A DNA stretch of 59,763 bases, filler included, from 4 parts of 4 records of this genome joined end to end with filler, not necessarily neighbours in it; one strand, 5' to 3'; shown: positions 29,642 to 41,144, counted from the whole stretch's first letter. Numbers and translations: made by a program. The notes: generated from the letters alone by a model not told the origin.

Positions 29642-30556
29642 TTGTTACAGAAAAAATTAAAACCAATCAGTAAGAATATGCTTTTTTGCATGGCATTTTT
29701 AATGGTGGTAATATGGGGTAGCGCCTTCACTCTAGTAAGTATAGGTGTGTTATATATTTCGCCATTGTGGCTGGTTACATACAGGCTTATTATAGGTGCA
29801 ATTTTAATAATTATCTATGTTCTTTTCAAGGGCTTAAGACTTCCAAACATTAAAGATGTACGATGGGTATGGTACTTCGCTATGGGCTTGATAGGTATGG
29901 TTATTCCCTTTTTTTTATTATCAACTGGTCAAGTCGTAATTGACAGCGGTTTAACAGCGATAATGGTGGGAACAATGCCTCTAATGACAATTGTCTTAGC
30001 TCACTTTTTTGCAAATGAAAAGTTAAGTCTAACAAAAATTATAGGATTTATATTTGGGTTTATTGGTATAGTTATACTCTTTTTACCTTCTGACTTTAGT
30101 ATTCAATTAACGGAAAACTGGTTCTCACAACTTATAATTGTAATTGCAGCATTTTGTTATGCAGTAACTACTATTATAGCTAAAAGAGCACCTTATACAC
30201 CGGCCACAATAGGCGCTTGTATGATGTTAATATGCGCCGCTATTGCATGCTTATTCATCGCTTTATTAACTACTGGTTTTCCTAAAAGCATACCTCCTCT
30301 ACCAGGTATTTTTATAGCTTTTGGTTTAGGAATAGGCTCAACTGCTTTTGCTTCAATACTTTTATTGTATATAATTGACCAAACCGGTCCTAGCACAGTT
30401 GCTAAAATTAATTATTTTGTTCCACTAGCGTCAGTTATATTTGGGGTGATTATTTTAAATGAAATTTTAAATATAAAGATATTTATAGCATTTATTATAA
30501 TTTTAATTGGAATGCTTATTTCTCAAATAAATGAAAAGAAATCAAAGACTCTTTAA
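29642..30556 (+). CDS. DMT/EamA family transporter
   Basis: About 10 TM helices, IWGSAF, HFFANEKLS..K..G; two EamA repeats. Confidence 0.9.
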   Translation: MLQKKLKPISKNMLFCMAFLMVVIWGSAFTLVSIGVLYISPLWLVTYRLIIGAILIIIYVLFKGLRLPNIKDVRWVWYFAMGLIGMVIPFFLLSTGQVVIDSGLTAIMVGTMPLMTIVLAHFFANEKLSLTKIIGFIFGFIGIVILFLPSDFSIQLTENWFSQLIIVIAAFCYAVTTIIAKRAPYTPATIGACMMLICAAIACLFIALLTTGFPKSIPPLPGIFIAFGLGIGSTAFASILLLYIIDQTGPSTVAKINYFVPLASVIFGVIILNEILNIKIFIAFIIILIGMLISQINEKKSKTL

Positions 30557-31399
30557 AGCACTAAAAGGGTTATTCACATTTTTTGATTGAGAAGCCACTG
30601 CATTAGTATCTACTAAACCGTGATTTAGAGGTCCCTTACCTTGGCCGATTTTAGGAGCAGATTTAATTGCTTCATATACAAATTCACGAGAACTTATTAC
30701 AGCCTCTTCAATTGTTGCACCTATAGCATAACAAGATGCTATCCCACTAGATAAAGTACAACCGGTACCATGGGTGTGCCGAGAATATATGCGAGGCCCA
30801 GACATTATATTCGCTCCTTCATTTGTAACAAGAACATCAAAAACTGACTCCCCTTTCAAATGACCACCTTTCATTAAGGCCGAAAAAGTATTCTGTGCTA
30901 GTAAAAACTCTCCTGATCTTACTAAATCATCAACATCATTAATTTTATTTCCAGTAAGTAATTCAGCTTCAGGAACATTTGGCGTTATCAAATCAGCTAT
31001 AGGCAGGAGTGTTGATTTTAAACAATCAATGGATTTCTCTTCCAATAATATAGAACCAGTAGATGCAACCATCACTGGGTCTAATATTATAAAGGCATTT
31101 GAGTCTTCTATTTCTTCTGCAACAACTTCAATAATATCTGAATTTCCAAGCATTCCAATTTTAATAACATCTGCTCCTACATCTGAAATTACACTCTTAA
31201 TTTGCTCCCTTACGAACTCAGAAGGAATATTCATGATGCCTTGCACACCTATTGTATTTTGAGCGGTAATTGCTGTAATTGCAGTGGAAGAATAAACCCC
31301 AAATGCTGCACAGGTCTTTATGTCTGCTTGAATACCCGCACCCCCTGAGGAGTCAGATCCTGCTATGATTAAAACCTTTGGAATATTAATTTTATCCAT
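30542..31399 (-). CDS. thiD: HMP/HMP-P kinase ThiD
   Basis: IAGSDSSGGAGIQADIKT, KIGML, LDPVMVA, TPNVPEA, KGGH, THGTGCTLS. Confidence 0.96.
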   Translation of the reverse strand: MDKINIPKVLIIAGSDSSGGAGIQADIKTCAAFGVYSSTAITAITAQNTIGVQGIMNIPSEFVREQIKSVISDVGADVIKIGMLGNSDIIEVVAEEIEDSNAFIILDPVMVASTGSILLEEKSIDCLKSTLLPIADLITPNVPEAELLTGNKINDVDDLVRSGEFLLAQNTFSALMKGGHLKGESVFDVLVTNEGANIMSGPRIYSRHTHGTGCTLSSGIASCYAIGATIEEAVISSREFVYEAIKSAPKIGQGKGPLNHGLVDTNAVASQSKNVNNPFSALKSL

Positions 31400-31477
31400 T
31401 AATTAAACTTTCTAGAAAATGACGAAATATAAAATAAACTTACTTCATATTTTTAAAATAATAATGTAATAATACCA

Positions 31478-32305
31478 TTAATTAAACTTTGCTATCTGTG
31501 TCCAAACACGTATAGCCTGAATAGTTTCTTTTACATCATGAACTCTTAAAATTTCTGCTCCCTCATTGATAGACCACAATGCGGATGCAATGCTACCGCC
31601 CAAACGATCCTCTGATTTGGAAGCATCAATGTTTCCAATAAAACTTTTTCTAGATGCGCCAACTAAAATTGGACATCCAAAATCTTTAAATGACTTTAAG
31701 TTTTTTAATAGTGAAATATTATCACTCTGTCTTTTACCAAAGCCTAAACCAGGGTCTATAGTAATTTTATTGAAATATATTCCCTTTTTTTCAAAAGCCT
31801 CTATTCTTTTGTGAAACCATATTTTAATTTCATTTATTACATCCTTATAATTTGGATTTTTTTGCATATTCATTGGTAATCCTTTGGAATGCATAATTAT
31901 TAAAGGGCACTCTAAATCAGCAGCAATATCCATAGAGCTATTATCAAATGTTAAGCCTGAAACATCATTCCAAATATCAGCACCTGCATTTATAGCTGCA
32001 TAAGCAACTGCAGACTTTCTTGTATCAATTGAAATAGAAGCCTCATCATAAGAACCTTTAATAATGTCTCTTAAAGCAGTTATGACCGGCAATACACGAG
32101 CTATTTCTTCATCAGTGCTAATTTCTATTGCACCAGGTCGGGTGCTCTCTCCACCTATATCTATAATATCTGCTCCATCATGGAGTAGTTTTAATGCCTG
32201 CTTTATTGCTAAGTCCTGAGAGTAAAACTGGCCACCATCTGAAAATGAGTCAGGGGTTACATTTACAATGCCCATTACCTTGGGACGCTTGTATATCAAA
32301 GACAC
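31478..32305 (-). CDS. folP: Dihydropteroate synthase
   Basis: MGIVNVTPDSFSDGG, DIGGESTRPGA, SIDT, DPGLGFGK, GASRKSF, LRVHDV. Confidence 0.97.
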   Translation of the reverse strand: MSLIYKRPKVMGIVNVTPDSFSDGGQFYSQDLAIKQALKLLHDGADIIDIGGESTRPGAIEISTDEEIARVLPVITALRDIIKGSYDEASISIDTRKSAVAYAAINAGADIWNDVSGLTFDNSSMDIAADLECPLIIMHSKGLPMNMQKNPNYKDVINEIKIWFHKRIEAFEKKGIYFNKITIDPGLGFGKRQSDNISLLKNLKSFKDFGCPILVGASRKSFIGNIDASKSEDRLGGSIASALWSINEGAEILRVHDVKETIQAIRVWTQIAKFN

Positions 32306-32370
32306 GTTCTTATCTGCATTTTTTACCTCGAAAGTAACTAATTACTTTAATTAAAGAATTACAGTAATAT

Positions 32371-34284
32371 CTATGATTCAGGCTGTGGATTTCCAAGTGT
32401 ACCTTTTTTAGTTGATGGTACAGCAGACACTTCTGGTTTAGACCCACCTTTCCCATCATAGCGCTTAGGCTTTATTCCATCAGACAATAGTACAGTGATT
32501 TCATCCCCTGATAATGTTTCATACTCTAAAAGAGCTTCAGCAAGTGTAGTCCAATCTTTCTTTTTCTTTTTCAGTATTTTTAAGGCTGTTTCGTGAGCTT
32601 CTGTTACAAACCGTCTAATCTCAGATTCAATTAATTTAGCTGTCTCAGGCGAAATTGCAGAACCTCTACCAATTCCAGGATGAAAGCTTTGCTGATCAGT
32701 ATCCTTGAATGCTATGGGACCGATAGCATCGGAGAGACCCCACTCTGTAACCATAGCAGTGGCTATGCGAGTAACTTGCTCAATATCTGAACTAGCTCCA
32801 GAAGTTACCTTATCATATCCGAACTTAATTTCTTCTGCGGCGCGACCACCCATTGCCATTGCCATTCTTGCAATCATTTCCTCTCTGGACTGTGATATTT
32901 GATCTCTCTCTGGCATATATTGCACCATACCTAATGCACGACCTCTAGGTATTATCGTTGCTTTATGGATTGGCAAACTACCCTTCATATTTAGCCCAAC
33001 TATTGCGTGACCCGCTTCGTGATAAGCAGTATTTTGTCTTTCTTCATCTGTCATAGATAATGATCTGCGCTCTGCACCCATTAGTACTTTGTCACGAGCA
33101 TCTTCAAATTCACGCATTGTGATTTTTAGTTTATTTCTTCGTGCAGAAAGAAGTGCTGCTTCATTAACTAGATTCATAAGGTCTGCTCCTGAAAAACCAG
33201 GAGTTCCGCGGGCAATATACTTAACATCAAGGTCAGCAGCTATTGGCTTACCTTTCATATGCACTTCAAGAATCTTCTCTCTGCCTAAAATGTCAGGGTA
33301 AGGAACTTCAATTTGTCTATCAAAACGTCCAGGACGCAGCAAGGCTTTATCCAGAACATCAGGTCTGTTTGTTGCTGCTATTATAATAACTCCTTCATCT
33401 CCCTGAAACCCGTCCATTTCGACAAGAAGCTGATTGAGTGTTTGTTCGCGCTCTTCATGCCCACCTGAAGTTCCTACACCCCTGTGTCGACCTACAGCAT
33501 CAATTTCATCAATAAAGATAATACATGGCGCATTTTTTCTTGCATCAGCAAACATATCTCTAACTCTCGAAGCACCTACACCCACGAACATCTCAACAAA
33601 GTCAGAACCTGAAATAGTAAAAAACGGAACTCCTGCTTCGCCAGCAACAGCTCTAGCCAAAAGTGTTTTACCTGTTCCAGGTGGTCCAACTAATAGGGCA
33701 CCAGTCGGTATTCTAGCTCCCAATCGTGTGAACCTTGAAGGATCCTCTAGAAATTCAACGACTTCTTTTAAATCTTCTTTGGCAGATTCAACTCCAGCAA
33801 CGTCTTCAAATGTGACACGGTTTGTATTTTCTGTAAGCATCTTGGCCCTTGATTTACCGAAACTCATCGCACCGCCACGCCCTCCTCCCTGCATCGAACG
33901 GAAAATTAACATTGAAACACCAATTATCAGCAATAAAGGAAGGATATTTATAAACATTGCTGCAAGAGTATTAGTTCCTTTAACCTTGGAATACTCATAA
34001 GGTACATTGTATTTATCGAAAAGCTCCCCTGCTCTGTCATCTATTCTAGATGTATTTGCCTTAAAGCGTTTTCCGTCTGAGGTTTCCCCAGTAATAAGGC
34101 CTTCCGCCTCATTGATTTCTGCTTCAACAATTTTACTACTTGCAACTTCATTTTCCAATTGAGAAAAAGTATATTCATTAGGGGCTGAAGAAGATTTTAT
34201 AGTATTTGATGACACCTGCATCATAATTAAAAACATAGTTATGATGAGGCTCCAAACGACTATATTTTTATTATTTTTTTTCAT
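32371..34284 (-). CDS. ftsH: ATP-dependent zinc metalloprotease FtsH
   Basis: Two TM helices, [19 protein letters not shown] ([10 protein letters not shown]), HEAGH. Confidence 0.99.
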   Translation of the reverse strand: MKKNNKNIVVWSLIITMFLIMMQVSSNTIKSSSAPNEYTFSQLENEVASSKIVEAEINEAEGLITGETSDGKRFKANTSRIDDRAGELFDKYNVPYEYSKVKGTNTLAAMFINILPLLLIIGVSMLIFRSMQGGGRGGAMSFGKSRAKMLTENTNRVTFEDVAGVESAKEDLKEVVEFLEDPSRFTRLGARIPTGALLVGPPGTGKTLLARAVAGEAGVPFFTISGSDFVEMFVGVGASRVRDMFADARKNAPCIIFIDEIDAVGRHRGVGTSGGHEEREQTLNQLLVEMDGFQGDEGVIIIAATNRPDVLDKALLRPGRFDRQIEVPYPDILGREKILEVHMKGKPIAADLDVKYIARGTPGFSGADLMNLVNEAALLSARRNKLKITMREFEDARDKVLMGAERRSLSMTDEERQNTAYHEAGHAIVGLNMKGSLPIHKATIIPRGRALGMVQYMPERDQISQSREEMIARMAMAMGGRAAEEIKFGYDKVTSGASSDIEQVTRIATAMVTEWGLSDAIGPIAFKDTDQQSFHPGIGRGSAISPETAKLIESEIRRFVTEAHETALKILKKKKKDWTTLAEALLEYETLSGDEITVLLSDGIKPKRYDGKGGSKPEVSAVPSTKKGTLGNPQPES

Positions 34285-34389
34285 AATTAAATACCTAGAC
34301 CTTCTTTATATTGCATTTGTATAATAAGTAGTGATTGTTAATCAAAAAATAAAGTCTCGCGTGTAACAAAATATATACGTGATGTAGAA

Positions 34390-35691
34390 TTAAATCGTTT
34401 TATCTAAACTTCCGCCAAGAGAGGATTCAAGTCTTATTTTCACTAAGGACAGTACGTTCGGTATTAAATTATTTCCATCTGATATGATCTTAGCATTAAA
34501 GTTATCTATAACAACTGGTAAGGATATTCGAAATTTAAATGGAATATTCTTTAATAACTTGAACTGCTCTCTGGGTAATAAATTTTGATTATTATAAAGT
34601 GCTGCCATTTTCATTTTTTTTCCATTAGCTCCAAATACAAAACGACCATCCCATAATTGAGGTTTACCATTTGAGGTTATTTCGAGCTTGGAAGAATAAT
34701 TTTTTCTATCATGGTGACTATCCTCTCTTCCCTTAACGACTATGGGGTCTCTGCCAATAAGATATCCCTGCTTAATCTTTGAAACCATGGATCCCGCAAG
34801 AGTACTAGCTTGAAAATTAGTACTTTCCATTCTTTTCAGTAACTTTTTAATTTTAGATCTATCAATCATACACCCCTGTCCACTTGTAGCACGCAAGCAA
34901 TGGAACATAAGTTCAGGGTATGGTATTTCATTTAAATAAATATTTCCAAACTGGTCAATTTTTCCAATTTTTCTAAACTGCTCCAATAGAATTTGATTTT
35001 CTTCCTTAACAAACTCTTTCATTTCTTTACTCGTTTGAAGAAGTAATTCTGCTAAACTAGGCCTCTCTTGAAGGTAATTTCTTACCTTAATTCGTGTGTA
35101 TTTCATATCTTTGTTTGATGGGTCCTCAGACCACTTTATTTTATTATTAATATTGTAATCCCTCAGCAATTGCCTAGGTACACCAAGCAATGGCCTTACA
35201 ATATTTATTAGAGATAATTCTGGCCATACTGGGGCATAAGTAATTGAACTCATCCCAGCAGCACCACGCCAATCAGTTTTGCGATCGTATCGCATCATTA
35301 GTGTCTCAACTTGGTCTTCTAGATTATGAGCTGTAAGAAGGTATTTGATACCTTTCTCTCTGCATTTATCACCAATTAAACCATAACGTGCTATTCGAGC
35401 TTTCTCTTGAACGGCTGTCCTAAGTAACGAATGACTCCACTTCAAAACTTCAACATTATAACCGCAACTCTCTGCAAAATGTTTCGCAGATCGAGCTTCA
35501 TTAAACGAACCATTCCTTAAATCGTGATCGACTATATAGACAACTTCAGATTGAGGGTGATTCTTGAGAGCATGAACCAAAGCGGTGCTATCTCCTCCAC
35601 CAGAGAAAGCGATTGCAAATTTTTCCTTATTTGGAATTAATTTATTTATTTCATCATTTATAGACTCAAGCAACATGTCTTTATTTATCAC
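34390..35691 (-). CDS. tilS: tRNA(Ile)-lysidine synthetase
   Basis: AFSGGGDS, VDHDLR, AR.ARY, TAHNLEDQVET, EDPSN; upstream of ftsH. Confidence 0.93.
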   Translation of the reverse strand: MINKDMLLESINDEINKLIPNKEKFAIAFSGGGDSTALVHALKNHPQSEVVYIVDHDLRNGSFNEARSAKHFAESCGYNVEVLKWSHSLLRTAVQEKARIARYGLIGDKCREKGIKYLLTAHNLEDQVETLMMRYDRKTDWRGAAGMSSITYAPVWPELSLINIVRPLLGVPRQLLRDYNINNKIKWSEDPSNKDMKYTRIKVRNYLQERPSLAELLLQTSKEMKEFVKEENQILLEQFRKIGKIDQFGNIYLNEIPYPELMFHCLRATSGQGCMIDRSKIKKLLKRMESTNFQASTLAGSMVSKIKQGYLIGRDPIVVKGREDSHHDRKNYSSKLEITSNGKPQLWDGRFVFGANGKKMKMAALYNNQNLLPREQFKLLKNIPFKFRISLPVVIDNFNAKIISDGNNLIPNVLSLVKIRLESSLGGSLDKTI

Positions 35692-35715
35692 AGCATGAGA
35701 AAAGATTCTATCTGT

Positions 35716-36636
35716 TTAGCAACCTGCTTTTTTTGCTTCTTTATTAGCTTTAGCTTTTTCCATTTCCGTAGCATTTGGATACTCACTTTCGAATGCTTTA
35801 AAAATTTTGCAAGATTCTGGATTATTTAGTTTCGCGAAACTAGTTGCTAATTTTATCATGGAAGTGGTGGCTTTTTTTCCGTTTGGATCATTACTTAATG
35901 AAGCTATATATGCAGTTGCTGCCTCTTGAAATCTATTACGAACAAAATAACTTTCCCCAAGCCAGTAATTCACAATGGATATATCTTCCGCATCCGGCCT
36001 TTTTAAAATATACTTTTCAAAATCTAATTGAGCTCCGAGGTAATCCCCTTCTCTTAATTTCATTTTTCCTTCATCTGGTAATCTTATTAAATCATCGTAA
36101 GCTTTCTGAACTTCGATTGTTTTCTCTTTAAAAAAGGGAGCAGAAGGAACTTGCGATAATAATTTGTCTGAGTTTCTGTTTGATTTTTCGAAATTATCGG
36201 CATCAAGATTATTTTCGAATAAATCACCACTAGGAAAAGTATCTTCTCCAGAATTATTGTTAGAAATGAAAGAGTTTTCTAGATTTTCAAATGATGAGTT
36301 TAGTTCTTCTAATTGATCTTCTAATCTAATAATTCTTTGAAGGCTAATGTCTATGTCACCATACAAAGCATCAATCTTTTTATTTGACTGATCCAACTCA
36401 TATATTAATTGTTCAACCTCCCCTCTCAAACTCCTAACAGTAGTTTCAAGAACATAATTTCGTTTAATTAATTGCTCAGCAGCTGGGTCCCCAGTAAGAA
36501 ATCGAGACTCTAATTCCAGTAGTCTCTCTTCTAACTGCAAGTCTTTAGCAGCAAGCTCTTTTTTGCTTACGGCATAAGCGGGAGTAACTAATAATTGAGG
36601 TAATATTAGTAAAGAAAGTAGTAATACTCGTAACAT
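35716..36636 (-). CDS. cpoB: Tol-Pal system protein YbgF/CpoB
   Basis: Signal peptide, coiled coil (LRGEVEQL), TPR (YWLGESYF), follows pal. Confidence 0.88.
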   Translation of the reverse strand: MLRVLLLSLLILPQLLVTPAYAVSKKELAAKDLQLEERLLELESRFLTGDPAAEQLIKRNYVLETTVRSLRGEVEQLIYELDQSNKKIDALYGDIDISLQRIIRLEDQLEELNSSFENLENSFISNNNSGEDTFPSGDLFENNLDADNFEKSNRNSDKLLSQVPSAPFFKEKTIEVQKAYDDLIRLPDEGKMKLREGDYLGAQLDFEKYILKRPDAEDISIVNYWLGESYFVRNRFQEAATAYIASLSNDPNGKKATTSMIKLATSFAKLNNPESCKIFKAFESEYPNATEMEKAKANKEAKKAGC

Positions 36637-36699
36637 TATTTCACCACGGACCTTGTGAGTTTATTCAAAATAATATTATTAATCAATTAGTTAAAAGAA

Positions 36700-37269
36700 C
36701 TAATTAACGGTACCCGACATTATTTTTGTATTAGCATTTCTATTTAGAGACCAGCCGTCCTCATTAGATCGCGCATCAATAGGTCTTTCCTTACCATAAG
36801 ATACAACATTAATTTGTGTGGGACTAACACCTAGACCAACCATAAATGAACTTACAGACTCAGCCCTTCTAGCACCTAAAGCTAAGTTGTATTCACGAGT
36901 TCCACGTTCATCAGCATTACCCTCAATAATAACATTGACATCAGTATAAGTTTTTAACCAACTTGATTGGGCACGAAGAGACGCAACTGCTGAATCAGTT
37001 AATGAGTATTGATCATAATCAAAATAAACACGAGTGTCTCCACCTGAACTCATAATGAAATCTTCAAGTGACCCTGGCGTCGGTAGTTTAGGAAGAACAA
37101 TTTCTTCAACTACCGGTTCTTGTATCACTGGAGCTGGGGCTTCTTCAACAATAACAGGAGCTTCAACTACAGGGGGCGGGGGCGGTGGTGCAGGCTGAAC
37201 TGGTGGTTGGCTAGCACAAGCACTCAGCGCTAATATAGAAAATGAAATAGCAAATGGTTTTATATTCAT
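36700..37269 (-). CDS. pal: Peptidoglycan-associated lipoprotein Pal
   Basis: Lipobox LSAC, VYFDYD, EGNADERGTREYNLALGARRA, SYGKERP. Confidence 0.97.
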   Translation of the reverse strand: MNIKPFAISFSILALSACASQPPVQPAPPPPPPVVEAPVIVEEAPAPVIQEPVVEEIVLPKLPTPGSLEDFIMSSGGDTRVYFDYDQYSLTDSAVASLRAQSSWLKTYTDVNVIIEGNADERGTREYNLALGARRAESVSSFMVGLGVSPTQINVVSYGKERPIDARSNEDGWSLNRNANTKIMSGTVN

Positions 37270-37410
37270 GTTAAAGTCCTTTAGTAGGCGGTTATCAAAT
37301 TCAGTAAAGCCGCAGATTGGTAATCAATCAAGAAAAAAATCAACCTTCATGTGGTTAATCTAAAATTTAACACTAAAACAGTGGAAAAAACTATTTCTGT
37401 AATGCTCTCT

Positions 37411-38745
37411 TTAAGGTAATAATGGCGACCAAGCTGGGTCGGATGCCTTACCTGGCGTATTAACTTTTTTTAAGTTACGACCCGTTAAATCAACAGACCA
37501 AATAGAGTTAGACCCGTATCGACCCCTAGTCTCTCTAGAAAAAACTATTACCCGTCCATTTGGAGACCAAGCAGGACCTTCATCCATAAAACTTTCTGTT
37601 AAAGCTCTTTCATCACTACCATCTGGATTTATAACGCTTATAGAAAATTTACCATTTAAGCTTTTAACAAAAGCAATTTTATCTCCACGAGGAGACCAGA
37701 CAGGAGATGAGTATCGACCCTCGCCAAAACTTATTCTTTTTTTATTAGTTCCATCAGAGTTCATTATATACAGGTGAGGATTACCTCCTCTATCTGAATT
37801 AAAAACAATTTGCTTACCATCAGGTGAATAACTACCAGAAACATCTATTGATGAATCATTAGTTAAACGAGTGGAAAGTCCACTATTGAGGTCAAGGGAA
37901 TATATATCACTGTTTCCACCTTTAATCATTGATAAGAGTAATTTATTGCCATCAGATGAAAAGCGTGGAGCAAAGGTCATACCTGGATATGATCCAAGCT
38001 TAGTACGTTTTCCTGTTTCTATGTCTAATAAGTAAACACTAGGGGTAATATTCTCATAACTTAAATAAACTATTTTTTGTGCAGAAGGCGAAAATCGTGG
38101 TGTAAGTATAAGTTGGGATCCATTAGTAAGCAATTTTACCCCATGACCATCTTGATCCATGATAGCTAAACTTTTTTTGCGATTAAGTTTTGAACCTTTT
38201 TCATCGATAAAGACTATTCTGCTGTCAAAATAACCAATTTCACCAGTAAGCGCTTTGTATATCTCATCTGAGGCTTTATGAGCTGCTCTTCTCCATTGAT
38301 CATTTTTTGTTATAAACCTCATTCCTATCAATTGTTTCCCTGCGAATATATCCCATAAACGAAATTCAACTCTTAATTTATTTGAACTTTCAGACACTAT
38401 TCGTCCTGAAACCAATGCCTGTGCATTTATAACACGCCAAGAAGAAAAATTAGGTTGATAATCAATATTTACTTGGGTCTCCAAAAAACCTTCGGGGTTT
38501 AAGGATACAAAAAGCCCAGATCGTTTTAAATTGTTTCTTATAACAGATGCCATGTCTTCTCCAAGTTGAGACAATTCAGGATTTTCAGACAAAAAATCAG
38601 GAACAGCTACTGGCGTCGGGTCTATATTACCTTTTGTGATATCTATCGTGAGTTGAGCCGCTGCTGAAACCGAAGAAAGCAGCACTAGAAACAAATATAT
38701 ACTAAGATGATATATCGAATTTTTAAAAATATTATATTTTTTCAT
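37411..38745 (-). CDS. tolB: Tol-Pal beta-propeller protein TolB
   Basis: [19 protein letters not shown], repeated PxF/WSP PD40 motifs, DPAWSP end. Confidence 0.97.
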   Translation of the reverse strand: MKKYNIFKNSIYHLSIYLFLVLLSSVSAAAQLTIDITKGNIDPTPVAVPDFLSENPELSQLGEDMASVIRNNLKRSGLFVSLNPEGFLETQVNIDYQPNFSSWRVINAQALVSGRIVSESSNKLRVEFRLWDIFAGKQLIGMRFITKNDQWRRAAHKASDEIYKALTGEIGYFDSRIVFIDEKGSKLNRKKSLAIMDQDGHGVKLLTNGSQLILTPRFSPSAQKIVYLSYENITPSVYLLDIETGKRTKLGSYPGMTFAPRFSSDGNKLLLSMIKGGNSDIYSLDLNSGLSTRLTNDSSIDVSGSYSPDGKQIVFNSDRGGNPHLYIMNSDGTNKKRISFGEGRYSSPVWSPRGDKIAFVKSLNGKFSISVINPDGSDERALTESFMDEGPAWSPNGRVIVFSRETRGRYGSNSIWSVDLTGRNLKKVNTPGKASDPAWSPLLP

Positions 38746-38754
38746 AATTTTCTA

Positions 38755-39495
38755 CTATAGCTCCGGTCTAAAATTCAATGTAATTTTTTTCCATTGGTTA
38801 TATTTTTTAACTGGCAGAAAACTATAAGGAGCACATTGCGAAACTGCCCTTACCGCTCTTTGCTCCGCCACATCCCAAAAAGCATTACCTGGGTCAAGTT
38901 GCCTCTGCTCTAACCTATTTATAACTTCAACATTTTGAACATAACCTCCGGGGAGCATTGCTACTTCAAGTTTTACAATTAAGTTTTGAGGGTTTACCGC
39001 ATCAGCTGGCATTCTCCAACAACGGTACATTGCTGACTGTAATGCGTTAACTTCACTCACAGTCATTTTATTGCCCTCGCCCTTGGATGACCTCTCTATA
39101 ATATCAATATTGTCAGGTGATGAAATAGTGCTATTAAGTTTTGGCGTTGTATTATCTTTGCTCTTATCAACCATGGATGATAATTTATCTAAATCAAATA
39201 TATATTTTTTAGAGTTATTATTAGCTAGATTATATTCATCCGCAAAACTTTTTGAATTTCTGTTATTTTTCGCCTCAGCATACTTTGCTTCACTTGCACT
39301 AAAACGAGTTTTAGTTTCTTCAGATAGTTTTTCAGTGTATGTACCCCTAATATTAGTATTATCCGAAATTGTGACTAAATTTATTGTTACAATTGTTGTT
39401 TTTGGTAAACTTTCTAGGTTTTCATCAAATAAAAAGAGACCTCCTATCAGTACAATCACGTGACAAAATAGTGATATAAAAAAACCAAATCGCAT
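38755..39495 (-). CDS. tolA: Short TolA-like protein
   Basis: TM helix with SxxxH (SLFCH), C-terminal TonB_2/TolA domain (RCW.MP, AVRAV..CAPY..LP..KY.QWK.I.LNF.P); between tolR and tolB. Confidence 0.8.
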   Translation of the reverse strand: MRFGFFISLFCHVIVLIGGLFLFDENLESLPKTTIVTINLVTISDNTNIRGTYTEKLSEETKTRFSASEAKYAEAKNNRNSKSFADEYNLANNNSKKYIFDLDKLSSMVDKSKDNTTPKLNSTISSPDNIDIIERSSKGEGNKMTVSEVNALQSAMYRCWRMPADAVNPQNLIVKLEVAMLPGGYVQNVEVINRLEQRQLDPGNAFWDVAEQRAVRAVSQCAPYSFLPVKKYNQWKKITLNFRPEL

Positions 39496-39945
39496 CTATT
39501 GGTTAATTGGATCTGTTACTAATCCAATATTTTCAAAACCCGCAGTGTTTATACGTGCCATAACTTTTAAAATTTTTCCATATTCCGTGGAACGGTCCCC
39601 CCTAATATAAATTTTTTCTTCATATCCGTTATCAATGATTGCATTTAACTTTGCCGCTAGCTGTTCGGATAAGACTTCCTCATCTTGAATAAAGATTTTA
39701 CCAGTCGAATCTATTGTGATAGTTAAGGGGTCTTTTTGGGACAATAAACTTTTAGCTTCAGTTTTTGGTAAATTAACAGGAACCCCAACACTTAGCAGAG
39801 GAGCTGCAATCATAAAAACAATGAGAAGAACAAGCATAACGTCTACTAAAGGAGTAATATTAATTTCAGATTTTAATTCAGAATTATTTCGATGCCTTTT
39901 CCAACTTTTGTTTCCAGCTTGAAAATTAGTCATTTCCCTCTCCAA
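39496..39945 (-). CDS. tolR: TolR
   Basis: SEINITPLVDVMLVLLIVFMIAAP, IRGD...YG; start may be ATG 39933. Confidence 0.95.
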   Translation of the reverse strand: MEREMTNFQAGNKSWKRHRNNSELKSEINITPLVDVMLVLLIVFMIAAPLLSVGVPVNLPKTEAKSLLSQKDPLTITIDSTGKIFIQDEEVLSEQLAAKLNAIIDNGYEEKIYIRGDRSTEYGKILKVMARINTAGFENIGLVTDPINQ

Positions 39946-40674
39946 TTAAATATTCTTACTAATTTTACGAGATAAAATTGCAGATAATTCATCAGCATAC
40001 CCTTCAAGGCGTCCACCATATTTATTTAAATCAGCAGTATATTTATTGTAAAATATAACTGCTGGAATTGCAGCAATCAAACCTAGAGCGGTGGCAAAAA
40101 GGGCTTCAGCTATTCCCGGAGCAACAACAGTTAAACTTGTGTTTTGCGATACTGCAATAGCACGAAAAGAATTCATAATCCCCCAAACTGTTCCAAATAA
40201 ACCTATGAACACTGATGAGGAACCAATAGTGGCTAATATGGTCATGCCTCTCTCTAACTTTGATAGCTCCCGATTAACAATTAAACTCATAATGCTATCA
40301 ATCCGGTATTGAGAAGAAATGGATGCATTAGACTTCTTTTTTAGAGAATTATATTCATCATACTCCTTAATGGCCGCAGAGAAAACACGAGACATTGGAT
40401 CTCTTGGATTGTCTGCCAACTCAACTTTAAGTTCATCAAGAGTTTTCCCTGACCAAAAAATATTCTCAAATATTTTTGCATGCTTATTTAAAGAAAAAAT
40501 CATAATCGCTTTATCAACTGCTATGGCCCAAGACCAAATAGATGCTGCTATAAGCATGAGCATCACTCCCTTCACAACCCAGTCTGCTCGCAAAAATAAA
40601 GAACGAAAGGAAAAGTCATCTACTAAAATTGAATCCAAGGCATTGGCTTGTAAAAATAATTCGAATAACTGCAC
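39946..40674 (-). CDS. tolQ: TolQ
   Basis: LATIGS..VFIGLFGTVWGIM.SF, VAPGIAEALFATALGL.AAIPAV..YN. Confidence 0.96.
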   Translation of the reverse strand: MQLFELFLQANALDSILVDDFSFRSLFLRADWVVKGVMLMLIAASIWSWAIAVDKAIMIFSLNKHAKIFENIFWSGKTLDELKVELADNPRDPMSRVFSAAIKEYDEYNSLKKKSNASISSQYRIDSIMSLIVNRELSKLERGMTILATIGSSSVFIGLFGTVWGIMNSFRAIAVSQNTSLTVVAPGIAEALFATALGLIAAIPAVIFYNKYTADLNKYGGRLEGYADELSAILSRKISKNI

Positions 40675-40866
40675 TGCATCTTCTCCATTTTTTATCTTAC
40701 TGAAAGCTTAATATAACAAACAAAACTTAATAAAATACCTACTAAATAATAAGTTTAGCAAATTAAAGAGTAACTCAAATAACTTTATGCAATATCCAGA
40801 AGAAAATTAGGCATAAATTAGCTTTTTTCATAAATATATGCTAAAATAGAGTTATAGGAGCAATTA

Positions 40867-41044
40867 ATGCGAGTTAACATCAAAAATATAAGTATCTTAT
40901 TATGTATAGGACTACTATCGTGTGAAACAGTCCCCGAAAATCAAAATGCGAATAGCCTTAATGTTGCTCCTATAGAAACATGTATTTCAGTATCTACACT
41001 TATAAAAGTAGAAGTCCCCGCAAAAACAAAGATACAATATGCGA
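40867..41044 (+). CDS. Hypothetical lipoprotein (3' truncated by contig end)
   Basis: GGAG upstream, lipobox LLSC; runs into the spacer. Confidence 0.6.
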
Positions 41045-41144
41045 NNNNNNNNNNNNNNNNNNNNNNNNNNNNNNNNNNNNNNNNNNNNTTAATTAATTAA
41101 NNNNNNNNNNNNNNNNNNNNNNNNNNNNNNNNNNNNNNNNNNNN
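41045..41144. other. Artificial contig spacer
   Basis: N44-TTAATTAATTAA-N44. Confidence 0.99.

Noticed and set aside
37355..37371. CtrA-like box upstream of pal (TTAA...TTAAC)
   Set aside because: Spacing is N8 rather than N7, and TTAA is frequent in this AT-rich contig
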